Shown piece by piece: positions 40,568-51,028 of a stretch of 64,000 nt of DNA. The translations under genes were made by a program, and so were the position numbers. The stretch is taken from positions 64,001 to 128,000 of the forward strand of contig DATFEP010000061.1 of assembly GCA_035250975.1 (NCBI GenBank), written 5' to 3'. The notes under the pieces are model-generated. The model had not been told where the DNA came from, searched no databases, and saw only the letters and a list, made by a program, of their open reading frames with translations. The DNA is from Nitrososphaeraceae archaeon. GTDB taxonomy: Archaea; Thermoproteota; Nitrososphaeria; Nitrososphaerales; Nitrososphaeraceae. Within the stretch, counting starts at the first letter, position 1; the number at the start of each line of letters is the position of its first letter.

Positions 40568-41773
40568 TTATAATGCCTTGAATTGTTCACTCCATCTCAT
40601 ATAAGCTCTGATCATGTCTATGCTAACACTAGGCTTCCTTATCTTTATTATTTCCTTAAAATCGTTCATCGATACTGCACGAGGATTAGAATCTTCTTCC
40701 AATGCCTTACCGCTATCGAATAGTTCATTCACAACCCGTAGCTGTGCAGCTTGGCAAATATCTTTAATATCGCTTGCACTATATCCTTGAACAAGTTTAG
40801 CAAGATCTTCAATCTTAAGACCTTTTTCCTTCTTCAAGGGCGCTGTATATTGTTTAAACAAATAATTTCTTGAATCATTATCTGGTAATGTAACATAAAT
40901 TCTCTTTTGAAATCTTCTCAGAAAACCTGCTTCCAAGCTCCATGGTTTATTTGTTGCGCCTATCACATACAATTTAGATTCTTTGGCTTTGTTATTTATT
41001 CCATCCATCTCTGTTAGGAATTGATTTTTAACTCTTATCTCTCCTCCGACCTCTCCATTTCTTGTACCTAATAGCGAATCTATTTCATCTATGAAAAGTA
41101 ATATCGGGATATTTTCTGTTTCAAGTAATTTATTGGCCATCTTAAATAACTTGGAAACATTTTTCTCAGCCTCTCCTAACCATTTACTCATCATTGCTGC
41201 AGCGTCCACATTTATAAAATATCCATCTATTTCAGCAGCAGCAGCTGCAGCCAATAAAGTCTTTCCACATCCTGGAGGGCCATATAGTAATATTCCACGT
41301 GGCCATCCGAGAGGAAAAAGATCAGATCTTTTCATTGGATAAACAATAGATTCACGTATGGCTCTTTTAGCGTCGTCTAACCCAATAACTTCCTGCCATG
41401 AAACATTGGGCTTTTCTCTCATAACCAGATTATCAAATTCATCACCAAGTTGATCTTTAGGCTTTTTCCCGTCCATTGCCATTTTTTTTCCAGGACTTTC
41501 TTGCTCATTTAAAATCAGGTCATCACTTTTGTCATCTTCCAGAATGTTGGACATTTGTAATGATTTTATTCTATTCATATAAGCATTAGCTCTTTCCATG
41601 TAAATTTTATTTAATTTGTATTCCGGATAAATCTGAATTAACTTATTAAGAGCCTCTATCGCATGTTGATATAATTGAATAGCTTTTATCCTAGAACCTT
41701 GAGAGTCTAACCTTATTGCTTCTGCAGCAAATTTACTAGCACTATTTTCTAATTCTTGTGGGGCTAAAATCAT
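40568..41773 (-). CDS. cdvC: Vps4-like AAA ATPase CdvC
   Basis: N-terminal MIT domain, LFPLGWPRGILLYGPPGCGKT, FIDEID, ATNKPW, RRFQKRIY. Confidence 0.92.
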   Translation of the reverse strand: MILAPQELENSASKFAAEAIRLDSQGSRIKAIQLYQHAIEALNKLIQIYPEYKLNKIYMERANAYMNRIKSLQMSNILEDDKSDDLILNEQESPGKKMAMDGKKPKDQLGDEFDNLVMREKPNVSWQEVIGLDDAKRAIRESIVYPMKRSDLFPLGWPRGILLYGPPGCGKTLLAAAAAAEIDGYFINVDAAAMMSKWLGEAEKNVSKLFKMANKLLETENIPILLFIDEIDSLLGTRNGEVGGEIRVKNQFLTEMDGINNKAKESKLYVIGATNKPWSLEAGFLRRFQKRIYVTLPDNDSRNYLFKQYTAPLKKEKGLKIEDLAKLVQGYSASDIKDICQAAQLRVVNELFDSGKALEEDSNPRAVSMNDFKEIIKIRKPSVSIDMIRAYMRWSEQFKAL

Positions 41774-41973
41774 AATTATTATCGACTATCCTAGAATTAA
41801 TTTGGATTTTTATTACTATTATGTGAATCTTAATTGTTCAACAAACCAAAAAATTTGTACCAAATATTTTGTGGATCATTAGACATTAACTTAGGCTATC
41901 AATTTAAAAGTATTATAAATGAACAATATTTATTTAATCGTCTTGTATACGTGAAAAATAATTTCAAATATTT

Positions 41974-43248
41974 CTAGAAAAATGCGGAAATTGTTTTCTG
42001 TTTACTATTATCTTTAATTCTTTTTTGATATTCTAATGATTCTTCTAACATTTTTAAAATTTTCTTATCCTTAGTTTCTTCTACATAAATTACATAAATC
42101 AAAGCACTATTTTTATTATTAGATTTCCTAATTACTCTTCCAATTCTCTGAATCAATTGAATCATGTTTTGTGTGTTTGAGACTATTATTGCTATGCCTA
42201 CAGAAGGAAGATCAAATCCTATTTCCAAAGTATGAACTGATAATAACACAAAAAATGATTTGCCCCAATTATCTAAAATTGTCATTCTCTGTCGAGATTT
42301 AATTTTGTTGTGAATTACTTCTGCCTTTATATTGTATTTGCTAAGCATCTCTCTGATCTTATTAATGGATTCAATGGTTTCACTAAAGATCATTATTTTC
42401 TCAGTTGGATGGTTTTTAACAATGTTAATAGTTTCATCCAATTTCGATAGAGTCTCATTCAGTAATTTTTTTCTTTTCTGAACGTATGAAAACCATTGTT
42501 TTGCTAATCTCGAGTTTATACCTCCATATTTTAATAATCTAGAAATTTCAATCGGATTAGAAGATTTCAATTTCAATGATATTTGTCTTATTGATTTGGA
42601 AATATCTTCATATTCTTTTCTTTCCTTAAAATTTAGTTTTACAGGCCTGATTATTACTTCCGGTTCAGTTAGTCTTCCATCATCTATAGCTTCCTTAATC
42701 ATATATTTTCTCACAGGCGGTATCAGCGCAATTATTTTGGAGTATTTGGGATCTCTTTCATCTATTGTAGCTGTTAGACCCAAGATAGCTTTACTGGAAT
42801 CTTCTTTTAAAATTGAAAAAATATTGCTTAATTTCTTGGCAGTGGAAGAAACAAGATGAACCTCGTCTAGTATAACCATTTTAGAGTTTCGGATTAGATC
42901 AAAATTTCTTATAATGCTTTGATATGTACTAAACGTTATTTCCTTGATATCTTTTTTCTCGCCATAGAAAACACCGATACATTCTTTTTTTATACCATAT
43001 TGATTCAATCTTGTGATATTTTGTGCGATCAATACAATCCGTGGGACGAGAAAAAGAATATTAAAAGCAGTGTCAGAATTTTCTTTTTTTGCTACTCTTC
43101 TAGCACATTCAAATGCTATCTCTGTTTTTCCAGTACCTGTACTGTAGATGATAGATCCTCTATTTTGATTTTTTAACCAGGAATTTACGGCTTCTATCTG
43201 ATCCTTTTCTAAGTTAAATGGAAATTTTAAAGAAGTAATTTCTGACAA
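41974..43248 (-). CDS. SF2 DEAH helicase, XPB/Rad25-like, with C-terminal PIP-box
   Basis: STGTGKT, TYQS, DEVH, LGLTAT, GFDLP, QRIGRVIR; ends QKTISAFF. Confidence 0.85.
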   Translation of the reverse strand: MSEITSLKFPFNLEKDQIEAVNSWLKNQNRGSIIYSTGTGKTEIAFECARRVAKKENSDTAFNILFLVPRIVLIAQNITRLNQYGIKKECIGVFYGEKKDIKEITFSTYQSIIRNFDLIRNSKMVILDEVHLVSSTAKKLSNIFSILKEDSSKAILGLTATIDERDPKYSKIIALIPPVRKYMIKEAIDDGRLTEPEVIIRPVKLNFKERKEYEDISKSIRQISLKLKSSNPIEISRLLKYGGINSRLAKQWFSYVQKRKKLLNETLSKLDETINIVKNHPTEKIMIFSETIESINKIREMLSKYNIKAEVIHNKIKSRQRMTILDNWGKSFFVLLSVHTLEIGFDLPSVGIAIIVSNTQNMIQLIQRIGRVIRKSNNKNSALIYVIYVEETKDKKILKMLEESLEYQKRIKDNSKQKTISAFF

Positions 43249-43387
43249 TTACTACCGAAGTATATCTAATGTGATTAATAATCCTAATGAAATTAACTTG
43301 TTTTAGATGCTTATTGTAGACTTTCAATTCATGGTTTACAATATTAAAGATTATTTATTCGACTATTTTAATACTTTACATCTTTCA

Positions 43388-43894
43388 ATGAATGTATTTG
43401 TTTTAATGTTAAGGCAAGACGATCCGAGTAAATGTACTGCTGCAAAGTTGATAAAGTTTCATCTAATTAATTCAACAACATTCATACCTAAAAACACAAT
43501 TGTTTTAAATGCTTTTTCTAACATGGTCCTGTCGAAAGACGATCTAAATAATGGAAAATCATTATGTGCTATCGATTGTTCGTGGAATTATATCCATGAA
43601 ACACTAAATAAATTTAAGATCATAAAAAAAAGAATCAACAGACGTCTTCCTCTCCTACTTGCCGGAAATCCAGTAAATTATGCTAAGTTGGGAAAATTAA
43701 CAACGGCTGAAGCCTTGGCAGGGTCTCTTTATATTCTTGGATATCAATCCAGAGCAGAAGAATTATTGAATAAATTCAGATGGGGACACACGTTTTTAGA
43801 ACTGAATTTGGAAATCCTAAAATCATATAGTGAAAAACAGAATCCTGAACAAATTAAAAAGATTGAAAAGGAATATTTTCCAAATGTATATTAG
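43388..43894 (+). CDS. tsr3: rRNA aminocarboxypropyltransferase Tsr3
   Basis: DDPSKCTAAKL, IDCSW, RRLPLLLAGNPVNY, LTTAEA, FRWGHTFLELN. Confidence 0.92.
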   Translation: MNVFVLMLRQDDPSKCTAAKLIKFHLINSTTFIPKNTIVLNAFSNMVLSKDDLNNGKSLCAIDCSWNYIHETLNKFKIIKKRINRRLPLLLAGNPVNYAKLGKLTTAEALAGSLYILGYQSRAEELLNKFRWGHTFLELNLEILKSYSEKQNPEQIKKIEKEYFPNVY

Positions 43895-43917
43895 ATAATA
43901 TATTATTTTCTAATAAC

Positions 43918-44200
43918 GTGAGCTAGAGCGCGAGTTACTCATAATGAGAGGAAACTCCTCCCTCATAGCAGGCACCCAAATTAGCGATAATTAGCTGGAG
44001 ACAGCTGGCAACGTAACAGAAAGGCTATCTAGAAGAGTCTATTTATCTGTGATGGTTAATCGCCTGAGATCCCCTTATCTAGAATGAAACTGACGACCTG
44101 GGTGGAGCAAGGCCAAAACGAGTTATAAGGTTCCTGCACTTACTCAGGTTGGCCGCTTAGCGAAATCTCGCATAAACAGAAGGAGGGTTATTCCTAGCAC
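43918..44200 (+). ncRNA. rnpB: RNase P RNA (archaeal type A-like)
   Basis: GAGGAAACTCC near the 5' end and AACAGAAGGAGGGTTA near the 3' end; P1 GCTAG/CTAGC, P2 GCGAG/CTCGC, P6 GCAGG/CCTGC; ACAGAAA and TGAAAC conserved regions. Confidence 0.93.
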
Positions 44201-44821
44201 ACTATCAATCCAAATGAACGTTCTCAGATGTATTTTTGATGATGATTGGAGGATCAATTTTAGGTATTAACTAGAGGAAATAAAATATGAAGGAGATTCT
44301 CCAAACCAATTTACATCATCTTTCATTCTACAAAACTTCCTCAGACCATATACGAGGATTACTAACCTCTATCCTAGTTATACGAAAGTCCTTCTGATTA
44401 TTTTGTTAGTGACACAGTAAGAAGAATCTATTTACCTATGAAAAACGGACATTTACTCTCATCACTAGCGTATTATTTCATGATGCTAAAATGCGATCAA
44501 ATCATAAAGATGTTTAGACCTGATGATATGGTATTTAAGTTTGAAACATCAATCTTTTGACATATAATTATTGCCAGCACACTATTGATAACCAGCAAGT
44601 TCAATGTAGTTTGACTAACGGTAGAAATCAAGGTTAAAAAATAGACTTGATTCGTAATTTCCATTTTTTAACTTGTTCTGTTAATTTATAATATTTTTAT
44701 AACTAAAATTATAAACAAGTTATGTTTAGATTTATAGAAAATAATTTCAATCTTTATAAAAAACGAGATATAAAATAAATATAATCATGGATTAATATTT
44801 TCATGTTATTTCAATATTGAA

Positions 44822-46591
44822 TTATTTTGTAACTATTAACATCAATACTATTATTCCAAATGTAATAGCTAAGAATATCTTAGTCAAATCCATAGACTTA
44901 TCTAAGGCTCTCGAATAATCTTCAAATTGACCACTACCCATAACTTTAATTGATGTTTTGCTGTCTAATATCTCGTATTTTGAATTTTTAATTTTTTCTT
45001 GTGCTTCAGATACGATTTCAATGAAATATTTTGTTGCCTGTTCAAAACTTGTAATTTCTCCAAATGGAAAATATCCTTCGGAAGTCCTAAATCCTGAATT
45101 TTCATGAGTATCAGAGGTACAAATATCTAACAATGTAATGCCCTTTTGTTCAAGATCCTTAATAATATGTTCTCGCAATCCATTTTTCATATTATTCGAA
45201 TCTATCCAACCAATAAAATATTGTTTATCGTGAATTTGAATGATAAATATGGATATTCCTGCTTTTCCTAAATCTTTGTTATTAATGTCACTTTGGATTT
45301 CTCTGGTACTAGAATAACTTATTTTAAACTCCGACTGAGGAGAATTTCTTAGATTTCTTAAGCAACTTTTTGCAGCATTTACCATATTATTTCTGCTTAT
45401 TTCCTCTAGTTTTTTCCCCATAGCATTATGACTATCTATTATTAAAATCTTGTCAAAACCAACTCCTTTTGAATATTTTTCTAATTCAATTAATATATTT
45501 TCGGGAACATCATCCATACCAACGGGTGAATTGGATAAAATTATAAGAGGTACATTTCCAAATGCGATTCCAGTACAAGTGGAACTTCCATTTGTTACCC
45601 TTATAGGGGTGGAACAAGTAGTTCCATTTTGGATTATCTTATATGTTGATAAAGATTCTAAATATTTTACAACCTCTTCACTTGATGGAATATTTAACGA
45701 ATGATCCGAAACACTATGAAATACGATTGATTTATAATCATAGTATTCCCAAATTCTAAACGATAAATTACTTCCACCTATTGTCTTGAATGGTCCCGGA
45801 TGTATATCTGGTAATACTAAATTTATATTTTCGAAATCATCCTTAAACCTAACAATTCTAGTAGATACCGATGCTTCTCTGGATTTAGATATCAGAATCT
45901 TTTCAATATTTTCAACTTTATTTTCTGTCCAGGCGGACATAAAAGCTTGTAAGAGAGAAAAAGTACTTTGAATATATGGTCGACCTGATCTATCTACTAA
46001 TATAACCCATGCTATCCCTAAACCTAATATAATGAAGCCGAAACCAATGGCAATGGCGTCTGTCAGCTCCTTAAATGAATTTAACGGAGTTATGACAAAT
46101 AATAAGAGAAAAGGTTGATATATTGCTGTTGTTATTGCTTTTTTTAGACCTGCTCCAAAAACTGATGTAAATATACCTATTCTTAACCCAATTGCTACCA
46201 TCATCCCTTCTATTATATGTCCAATAGGAATATTGTCTTTGTTGAAGATAATGTACGAAACCATACCCAGAATTAAAATTGCCATCCAAAGAAGATTTGA
46301 AAATGCTGAAACATGGAGTATCTTGGAAAATTTGTTGACAGGCGTATCACGCAAAAAATAAAAATCTAAAATATAACTACAAATTAAAAAAATTAAACCC
46401 AATATGGAATAAATGATAATATGAACTGAATCCTGTAGGAAATAAATTTCTGTTAATATAATAATTAACAGTGAGCTAATTATAGATATTATTAATGAAA
46501 TCTTATAAGATGAAAAGTTTATTCTTGTGAAAGACCATCTTTTGTGGATATTAGAAACACTATCATGGCCTTCTTCCTTTATTTGAGCCAC
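44822..46591 (-). CDS. DUF2070-family archaeal membrane protein
   Basis: Multi-transmembrane N-terminal half; HPGPF...GGSNL, DSHN, DSNN, TSDTH motifs. Confidence 0.85.
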   Translation of the reverse strand: MAQIKEEGHDSVSNIHKRWSFTRINFSSYKISLIISIISSLLIIILTEIYFLQDSVHIIIYSILGLIFLICSYILDFYFLRDTPVNKFSKILHVSAFSNLLWMAILILGMVSYIIFNKDNIPIGHIIEGMMVAIGLRIGIFTSVFGAGLKKAITTAIYQPFLLLFVITPLNSFKELTDAIAIGFGFIILGLGIAWVILVDRSGRPYIQSTFSLLQAFMSAWTENKVENIEKILISKSREASVSTRIVRFKDDFENINLVLPDIHPGPFKTIGGSNLSFRIWEYYDYKSIVFHSVSDHSLNIPSSEEVVKYLESLSTYKIIQNGTTCSTPIRVTNGSSTCTGIAFGNVPLIILSNSPVGMDDVPENILIELEKYSKGVGFDKILIIDSHNAMGKKLEEISRNNMVNAAKSCLRNLRNSPQSEFKISYSSTREIQSDINNKDLGKAGISIFIIQIHDKQYFIGWIDSNNMKNGLREHIIKDLEQKGITLLDICTSDTHENSGFRTSEGYFPFGEITSFEQATKYFIEIVSEAQEKIKNSKYEILDSKTSIKVMGSGQFEDYSRALDKSMDLTKIFLAITFGIIVLMLIVTK

Positions 46592-46593
46592 TA

Positions 46594-46761
46594 TTATACT
46601 GGAAATATGACTCTGATCAATATAGAAATTGCTATTAACCCTCCGGTAACCCCGAGAACTATTTCTGGTTTTACCTTGACTCCTTTAGTCTCATCCTCAA
46701 AAAATCTTAACAATCCTGCGCTAGAAGCTGGTAATGGTGCATTCTTCTTTTTACTACTCAA
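46594..46761 (-). CDS. secG: Preprotein translocase subunit Sec61beta (SecG)
   Basis: SSAGLLRFFEDET...KVKPE plus a C-terminal transmembrane helix; likely TTG start at 46761. Confidence 0.9.
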   Translation of the reverse strand: MSSKKKNAPLPASSAGLLRFFEDETKGVKVKPEIVLGVTGGLIAISILIRVIFPV

Positions 46762-47055
46762 TTCGATAAACTTCAGCACAGTATTACTTAAATACATATC
46801 GTTTTAAAGACTACGCGAGATTCGAATTTGAAATTATAGCTAATATGATTTTGTTATTCTCTTAAAAGATCAAACTAAAACTAATATCTAGAATATTTGA
46901 AGGTTTGAATAACCATTCGCAAGAAAAAATATTTACAATTTTGACTCTTGTTTCAGATTGCTTTATATACATCACAAATACGATAGATTTAGTATCTGTA
47001 TTTTTTACTTGGGAACGCTTAATAAGAAGATATGAAAAGAATAGGTAAATAAAAT

Positions 47056-47364
47056 ATGGCGGTTATTTGTAAAAAATGTGGATTACCTGATGATTTATGC
47101 CCTTGTGGTGAACTAGAAAAAGAAGAAACGAGAATAATAATCCGCCTAGAAACAAGGAGATTTTCAAAGACTACTACTTTGATTGAAGGAATTGATCCTA
47201 AAATAACCAATATGCAAAATATTGTAAAAGAATTAAAGAGCCAATTTGCTTGTGGCGGTACAGCAAAAGATGGATTCATAATGTTACAGGGGGATCATAG
47301 AGATGATGTTAAAGGATATCTAATAAAAAAAGGATTTAATGAAGAGGCAATAGAAGTTCAATAA
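47056..47364 (+). CDS. Translation initiation factor aIF1 (SUI1)
   Basis: CxxCGLP..LC, TLIEGID, LKSQFACGGT, LQGDHR. Confidence 0.95.
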   Translation: MAVICKKCGLPDDLCPCGELEKEETRIIIRLETRRFSKTTTLIEGIDPKITNMQNIVKELKSQFACGGTAKDGFIMLQGDHRDDVKGYLIKKGFNEEAIEVQ

Positions 47365-47506
47365 TTCGTGTAATTGACACAAAGAATTTTTATAGAAACA
47401 TCCAGTTTACAAAAATAGTTTATATGCTATTATGGCAATATTTATATTGTAGAATAAAACATAAATAATACGGTTTAAGTTATTAAAAAGTTTTATGGTG
47501 AAATGA

Positions 47507-48421
47507 ATGGTTAAAGATATTTCGTTATTTGGCGATCGTTGTCCTAGATGTGGTAAAGGTCCGATGGTTACCGATAATTCCACAGGTGAAATGTTTTGCG
47601 GCAATTGTGGTTTTGTAATAAATGAAAGAATTGAGGAAACCGGACCTGAATGGAGGGCTTTTTCTAAAGAAGAACATGAAGATAGAAGTAGAGCAGGAAT
47701 TCCAACTTCCTTGGCGATGCATGATATGGGATTAGCTACAATAATCGGTCCTGTAGACAAGGATGCATCTGGAAAACCATTGTCTTCTTCTATGAAAAGC
47801 ACCATTGAAAGGTTAAGAACTTGGGATAGTCGAAGTCAGGTACATGAACCGGTTGATCGTAACTTTAGACAGGCATTCAGTGAGTTAGATCGATTGAAAG
47901 ATAAATTAGCTGTTGGCGATGCTGTTATAGAAAAAGCAGCATATGTGTATAGAAAAGCACTCGAAAAAGGCCTTGTTAGAGGAAGATCGATTTCAGCATT
48001 AGTCGCAGCTGCATTATATGCTGCTTGCCGTGATACAGAAACGCCCAGGACTTTAAAAGATATAGCAAACGCTAGTAATATTAAGAAAAAAGACGTTGCT
48101 AGGTGTTATAGATTATTAATCAGAGAGTTGGATTTACGCATGCCTGTGGTCGATCCGGTTAAATGTGTTGCAAGAATAGCAAGTAAAGCTGGATTATCAG
48201 AAAAAACAAAACGTAAGGCGTTAGAGATACTAAAGAAAGCAGAAGAAGGCAAGATTTCAGCCGGTAAAGATCCTATGGGACTGGCAGCTGCGGCTCTTTA
48301 TGTAGCTTGTGTAATGAATGGCGAAAATAAAACCCAAAAAGATGTAGCAGAAGCAGCGGGTGTTACAGAAGTGACAATCAGAAATAGATACAAGGGATTA
48401 AAAACACACCTAAAACTATAA
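47507..48421 (+). CDS. tfb: Transcription initiation factor B
   Basis: Zn ribbon CPRC...CGNCG, GPEWRAF, cyclin repeats, TQKDVAEAAGVTEVTIRNRY. Confidence 0.97.
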   Translation: MVKDISLFGDRCPRCGKGPMVTDNSTGEMFCGNCGFVINERIEETGPEWRAFSKEEHEDRSRAGIPTSLAMHDMGLATIIGPVDKDASGKPLSSSMKSTIERLRTWDSRSQVHEPVDRNFRQAFSELDRLKDKLAVGDAVIEKAAYVYRKALEKGLVRGRSISALVAAALYAACRDTETPRTLKDIANASNIKKKDVARCYRLLIRELDLRMPVVDPVKCVARIASKAGLSEKTKRKALEILKKAEEGKISAGKDPMGLAAAALYVACVMNGENKTQKDVAEAAGVTEVTIRNRYKGLKTHLKL

Positions 48422-48481
48422 TTCTTATTTAAAATGTTTTTTACTAAAATGTGGATACCTATATGATCATTTAATGTAGTT

Positions 48482-50857
48482 ATGATTATTCAAAAACTTG
48501 TAGTCTTTTTAATTCCAATTTTAGGTACCATAATAATTTGTCCTTTAAATTTTATTGATTCAAAACCTATTATAAAAGGTCCATACATAGATAACGTCAA
48601 GTTCATTCATTATCTTGATGAGAATGTTGCGTTAGAGGAAATGAAGTCTGGCAATCTCGATATGTATTATTTCCGTATTCCCTTGGATTTGGTTCCCAGC
48701 ATTCTTGCTGATGACGATATTAAATTATATGATAAAGTGTCTGGAACATTTGGTATTCTTCTAAATCCGGCACCAGCAGAAGATGACAGTATTAATCCAT
48801 TCCAATTCCGTGAAATAAGGTATGCTATGAATTTTTTATTTAATAGAAACTTTATTTCTAACGAAATATTGCAAGGATACGGTTTTCCATTATTCGATCC
48901 CTTTGGACCGCTTTCTCCTGATTATCGTGTGATAATGGATACTGTCGAATCATATGGTTTTCATTATGATCCGGAATTTGTTTCAAATATAATTGGAAAG
49001 GTTTTACAAGAAAATGGGGCATTTTTTGAAGACAAAAAATGGTATTTTAATGAAAAACCAATTACCTTAAAAATTCTCATAAGAAGCGATGACCAACAAA
49101 GAAAAGTACTTGGTGAATTGATATCATCTGAACTCGAGAAGATGGGATTTACCGTGATTAAAGATTATGGAGATCTAAACAAATCACTAAGGATCTTACA
49201 AAACACTAATCCACAAGATCTTCAATGGAATATGTATACAGAAGCATTTACTAGTAACGCATTTTCTAGATATAACGAAGCAATAGTAGCTCAGTTTTAC
49301 GCACCATGGTATGCAAACATGCCAGGTTATCAAAATCCAGGATTTTGGCAATATCAAAATTCAACATTAGATTTTTTGACTCAAAAATTGGTTTTTTCAA
49401 ACTTTACCTCAGAAAGTGAAAGAAATACGTTATTAGAAGCAGCAACAAAGATGGGACTCGAGGAATCTGTACGAATATTTTTAGTAAAGAATATAGATCC
49501 TTTTGCTGCTTCATCCTCTGTATCTGGATTAGTAAATGATTTTGGAGGAGGAATAGCTAACAAATATTCCTTATTTAACGCTAAATCCAACAAAACGAAT
49601 TCTCTGGATATAGGTGTTAAGCAAATCTATCAAGGAGCTTGGAATACTATTGGGGGGTTCAGCGATGCTTATAGTAGCAACATCTATTCAAATATAGCCG
49701 ATAGTTCAATCCTCCGACATCCTTTTACAGGCGACGTTATATCTATGAGAAATGAGGTCATAAATGTAACCACTAATGGACCATATAATAAACTTAAAGT
49801 CCATCCTGAAGCAATAATTTGGAATAGTTCCCACGGATGGATACATGCAGATCATAATTCTACTTCTCTAAGTAAGGTAATTAATAAGATACTTTATTCA
49901 AATTGGCATCACGGGATTCCAATGGACAAATCCGATCTCCTTTATTCTTTGTATTTTATGTTTGAATGGGGATCTAATTACGGTACAGACGATCCTACAC
50001 AAGATCCAGAATATACGTCACGTGTAGAAGTAAGTCTTCCTTTAATGAAGGGGATTCGATTTCTTTCTAATGATACTATAGAATCTTTTATTGATATATG
50101 GCATTATGATAGCAAGGAAATAATAGGATATGCAGGATTGTGGCCACAGGAACCATGGGAAATTTCTGCTGCCATTGAAAGATTAGTCCTTTCAAATGTT
50201 CTTTCATTTTCCAAATCTCAAGCTACTACAAAAAATGCAGAATGGCTATCGTTAATAATTCCAGGACATGCAAACTTAATAAAAAAAGAATTAATGAAAA
50301 TGAAAGATGAAAATTTTATTCCTTTACCATTAAAAAATATTCTAACCTTGGAAGAGGCAAAGAAAAGATACGATGCAAGCATAAAATGGATTGAAGATCA
50401 TAAACATTCTGTAATAAGCAACGGTCCATTTTTCTTGGACTCGTATAATCCATCAGGAAGAACCATGGAAATAAAGGCATTCCGTGATCAGACCTATCCC
50501 TTTGAACAGGGTTATTGGTCACATCTAGAAAAACCAAAATCTATTCAGCTAACAAACTTTACAACTGACAAATTTATAAAAATCAGAGAAGAAAAAGTAA
50601 TCGATTTTCAAGCTCTAGTTGATAATTCACCTCAATCCAATATCTCCATTTATTACTTTCTTATTGATTATTCCGGGAAAATAGTGAATTCTGGAATGGC
50701 TAAAAAAATTAACGATGTTGGATCTTTTCAAATTCAATTGCACAAAAAACTAACTGAAACATTAAGGCAAGGACCAGTTTCATTAAAAATATTTGCGAAT
50801 ACTAACGAAGCATTGAAACCATTTATTTCTAATAACCTCTACTTAGTCATTAAATAG
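48482..50857 (+). CDS. ABC transporter substrate-binding protein (family 5, peptide/nickel-like)
   Basis: Signal peptide, NPFQFREIRYAMN, WHHG...D, ISNGPFFL. Confidence 0.8.
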   Translation: MIIQKLVVFLIPILGTIIICPLNFIDSKPIIKGPYIDNVKFIHYLDENVALEEMKSGNLDMYYFRIPLDLVPSILADDDIKLYDKVSGTFGILLNPAPAEDDSINPFQFREIRYAMNFLFNRNFISNEILQGYGFPLFDPFGPLSPDYRVIMDTVESYGFHYDPEFVSNIIGKVLQENGAFFEDKKWYFNEKPITLKILIRSDDQQRKVLGELISSELEKMGFTVIKDYGDLNKSLRILQNTNPQDLQWNMYTEAFTSNAFSRYNEAIVAQFYAPWYANMPGYQNPGFWQYQNSTLDFLTQKLVFSNFTSESERNTLLEAATKMGLEESVRIFLVKNIDPFAASSSVSGLVNDFGGGIANKYSLFNAKSNKTNSLDIGVKQIYQGAWNTIGGFSDAYSSNIYSNIADSSILRHPFTGDVISMRNEVINVTTNGPYNKLKVHPEAIIWNSSHGWIHADHNSTSLSKVINKILYSNWHHGIPMDKSDLLYSLYFMFEWGSNYGTDDPTQDPEYTSRVEVSLPLMKGIRFLSNDTIESFIDIWHYDSKEIIGYAGLWPQEPWEISAAIERLVLSNVLSFSKSQATTKNAEWLSLIIPGHANLIKKELMKMKDENFIPLPLKNILTLEEAKKRYDASIKWIEDHKHSVISNGPFFLDSYNPSGRTMEIKAFRDQTYPFEQGYWSHLEKPKSIQLTNFTTDKFIKIREEKVIDFQALVDNSPQSNISIYYFLIDYSGKIVNSGMAKKINDVGSFQIQLHKKLTETLRQGPVSLKIFANTNEALKPFISNNLYLVIK

Positions 50858-51028
50858 TTTTAGTAATCTTATATTTATATAGCTTTTTCTGATGCTCTCT
50901 TTTTAATTTTTTGTCTTTTATAATATTATTAATTTTTTTATCATGAGATTATGTTGTCAATTATTAGAATATCAAACTATATCGATATTTTTATATTTTC
51001 AAGTTTTTATTACTTCACATTATATTCC

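Noticed and set aside
44201-44660. Possible further transposase remnant or C/D sRNA after rnpB
   Set aside because: Only weak scattered fragments (such as SDES) and no properly spaced C and D boxes; cannot be supported by eye.
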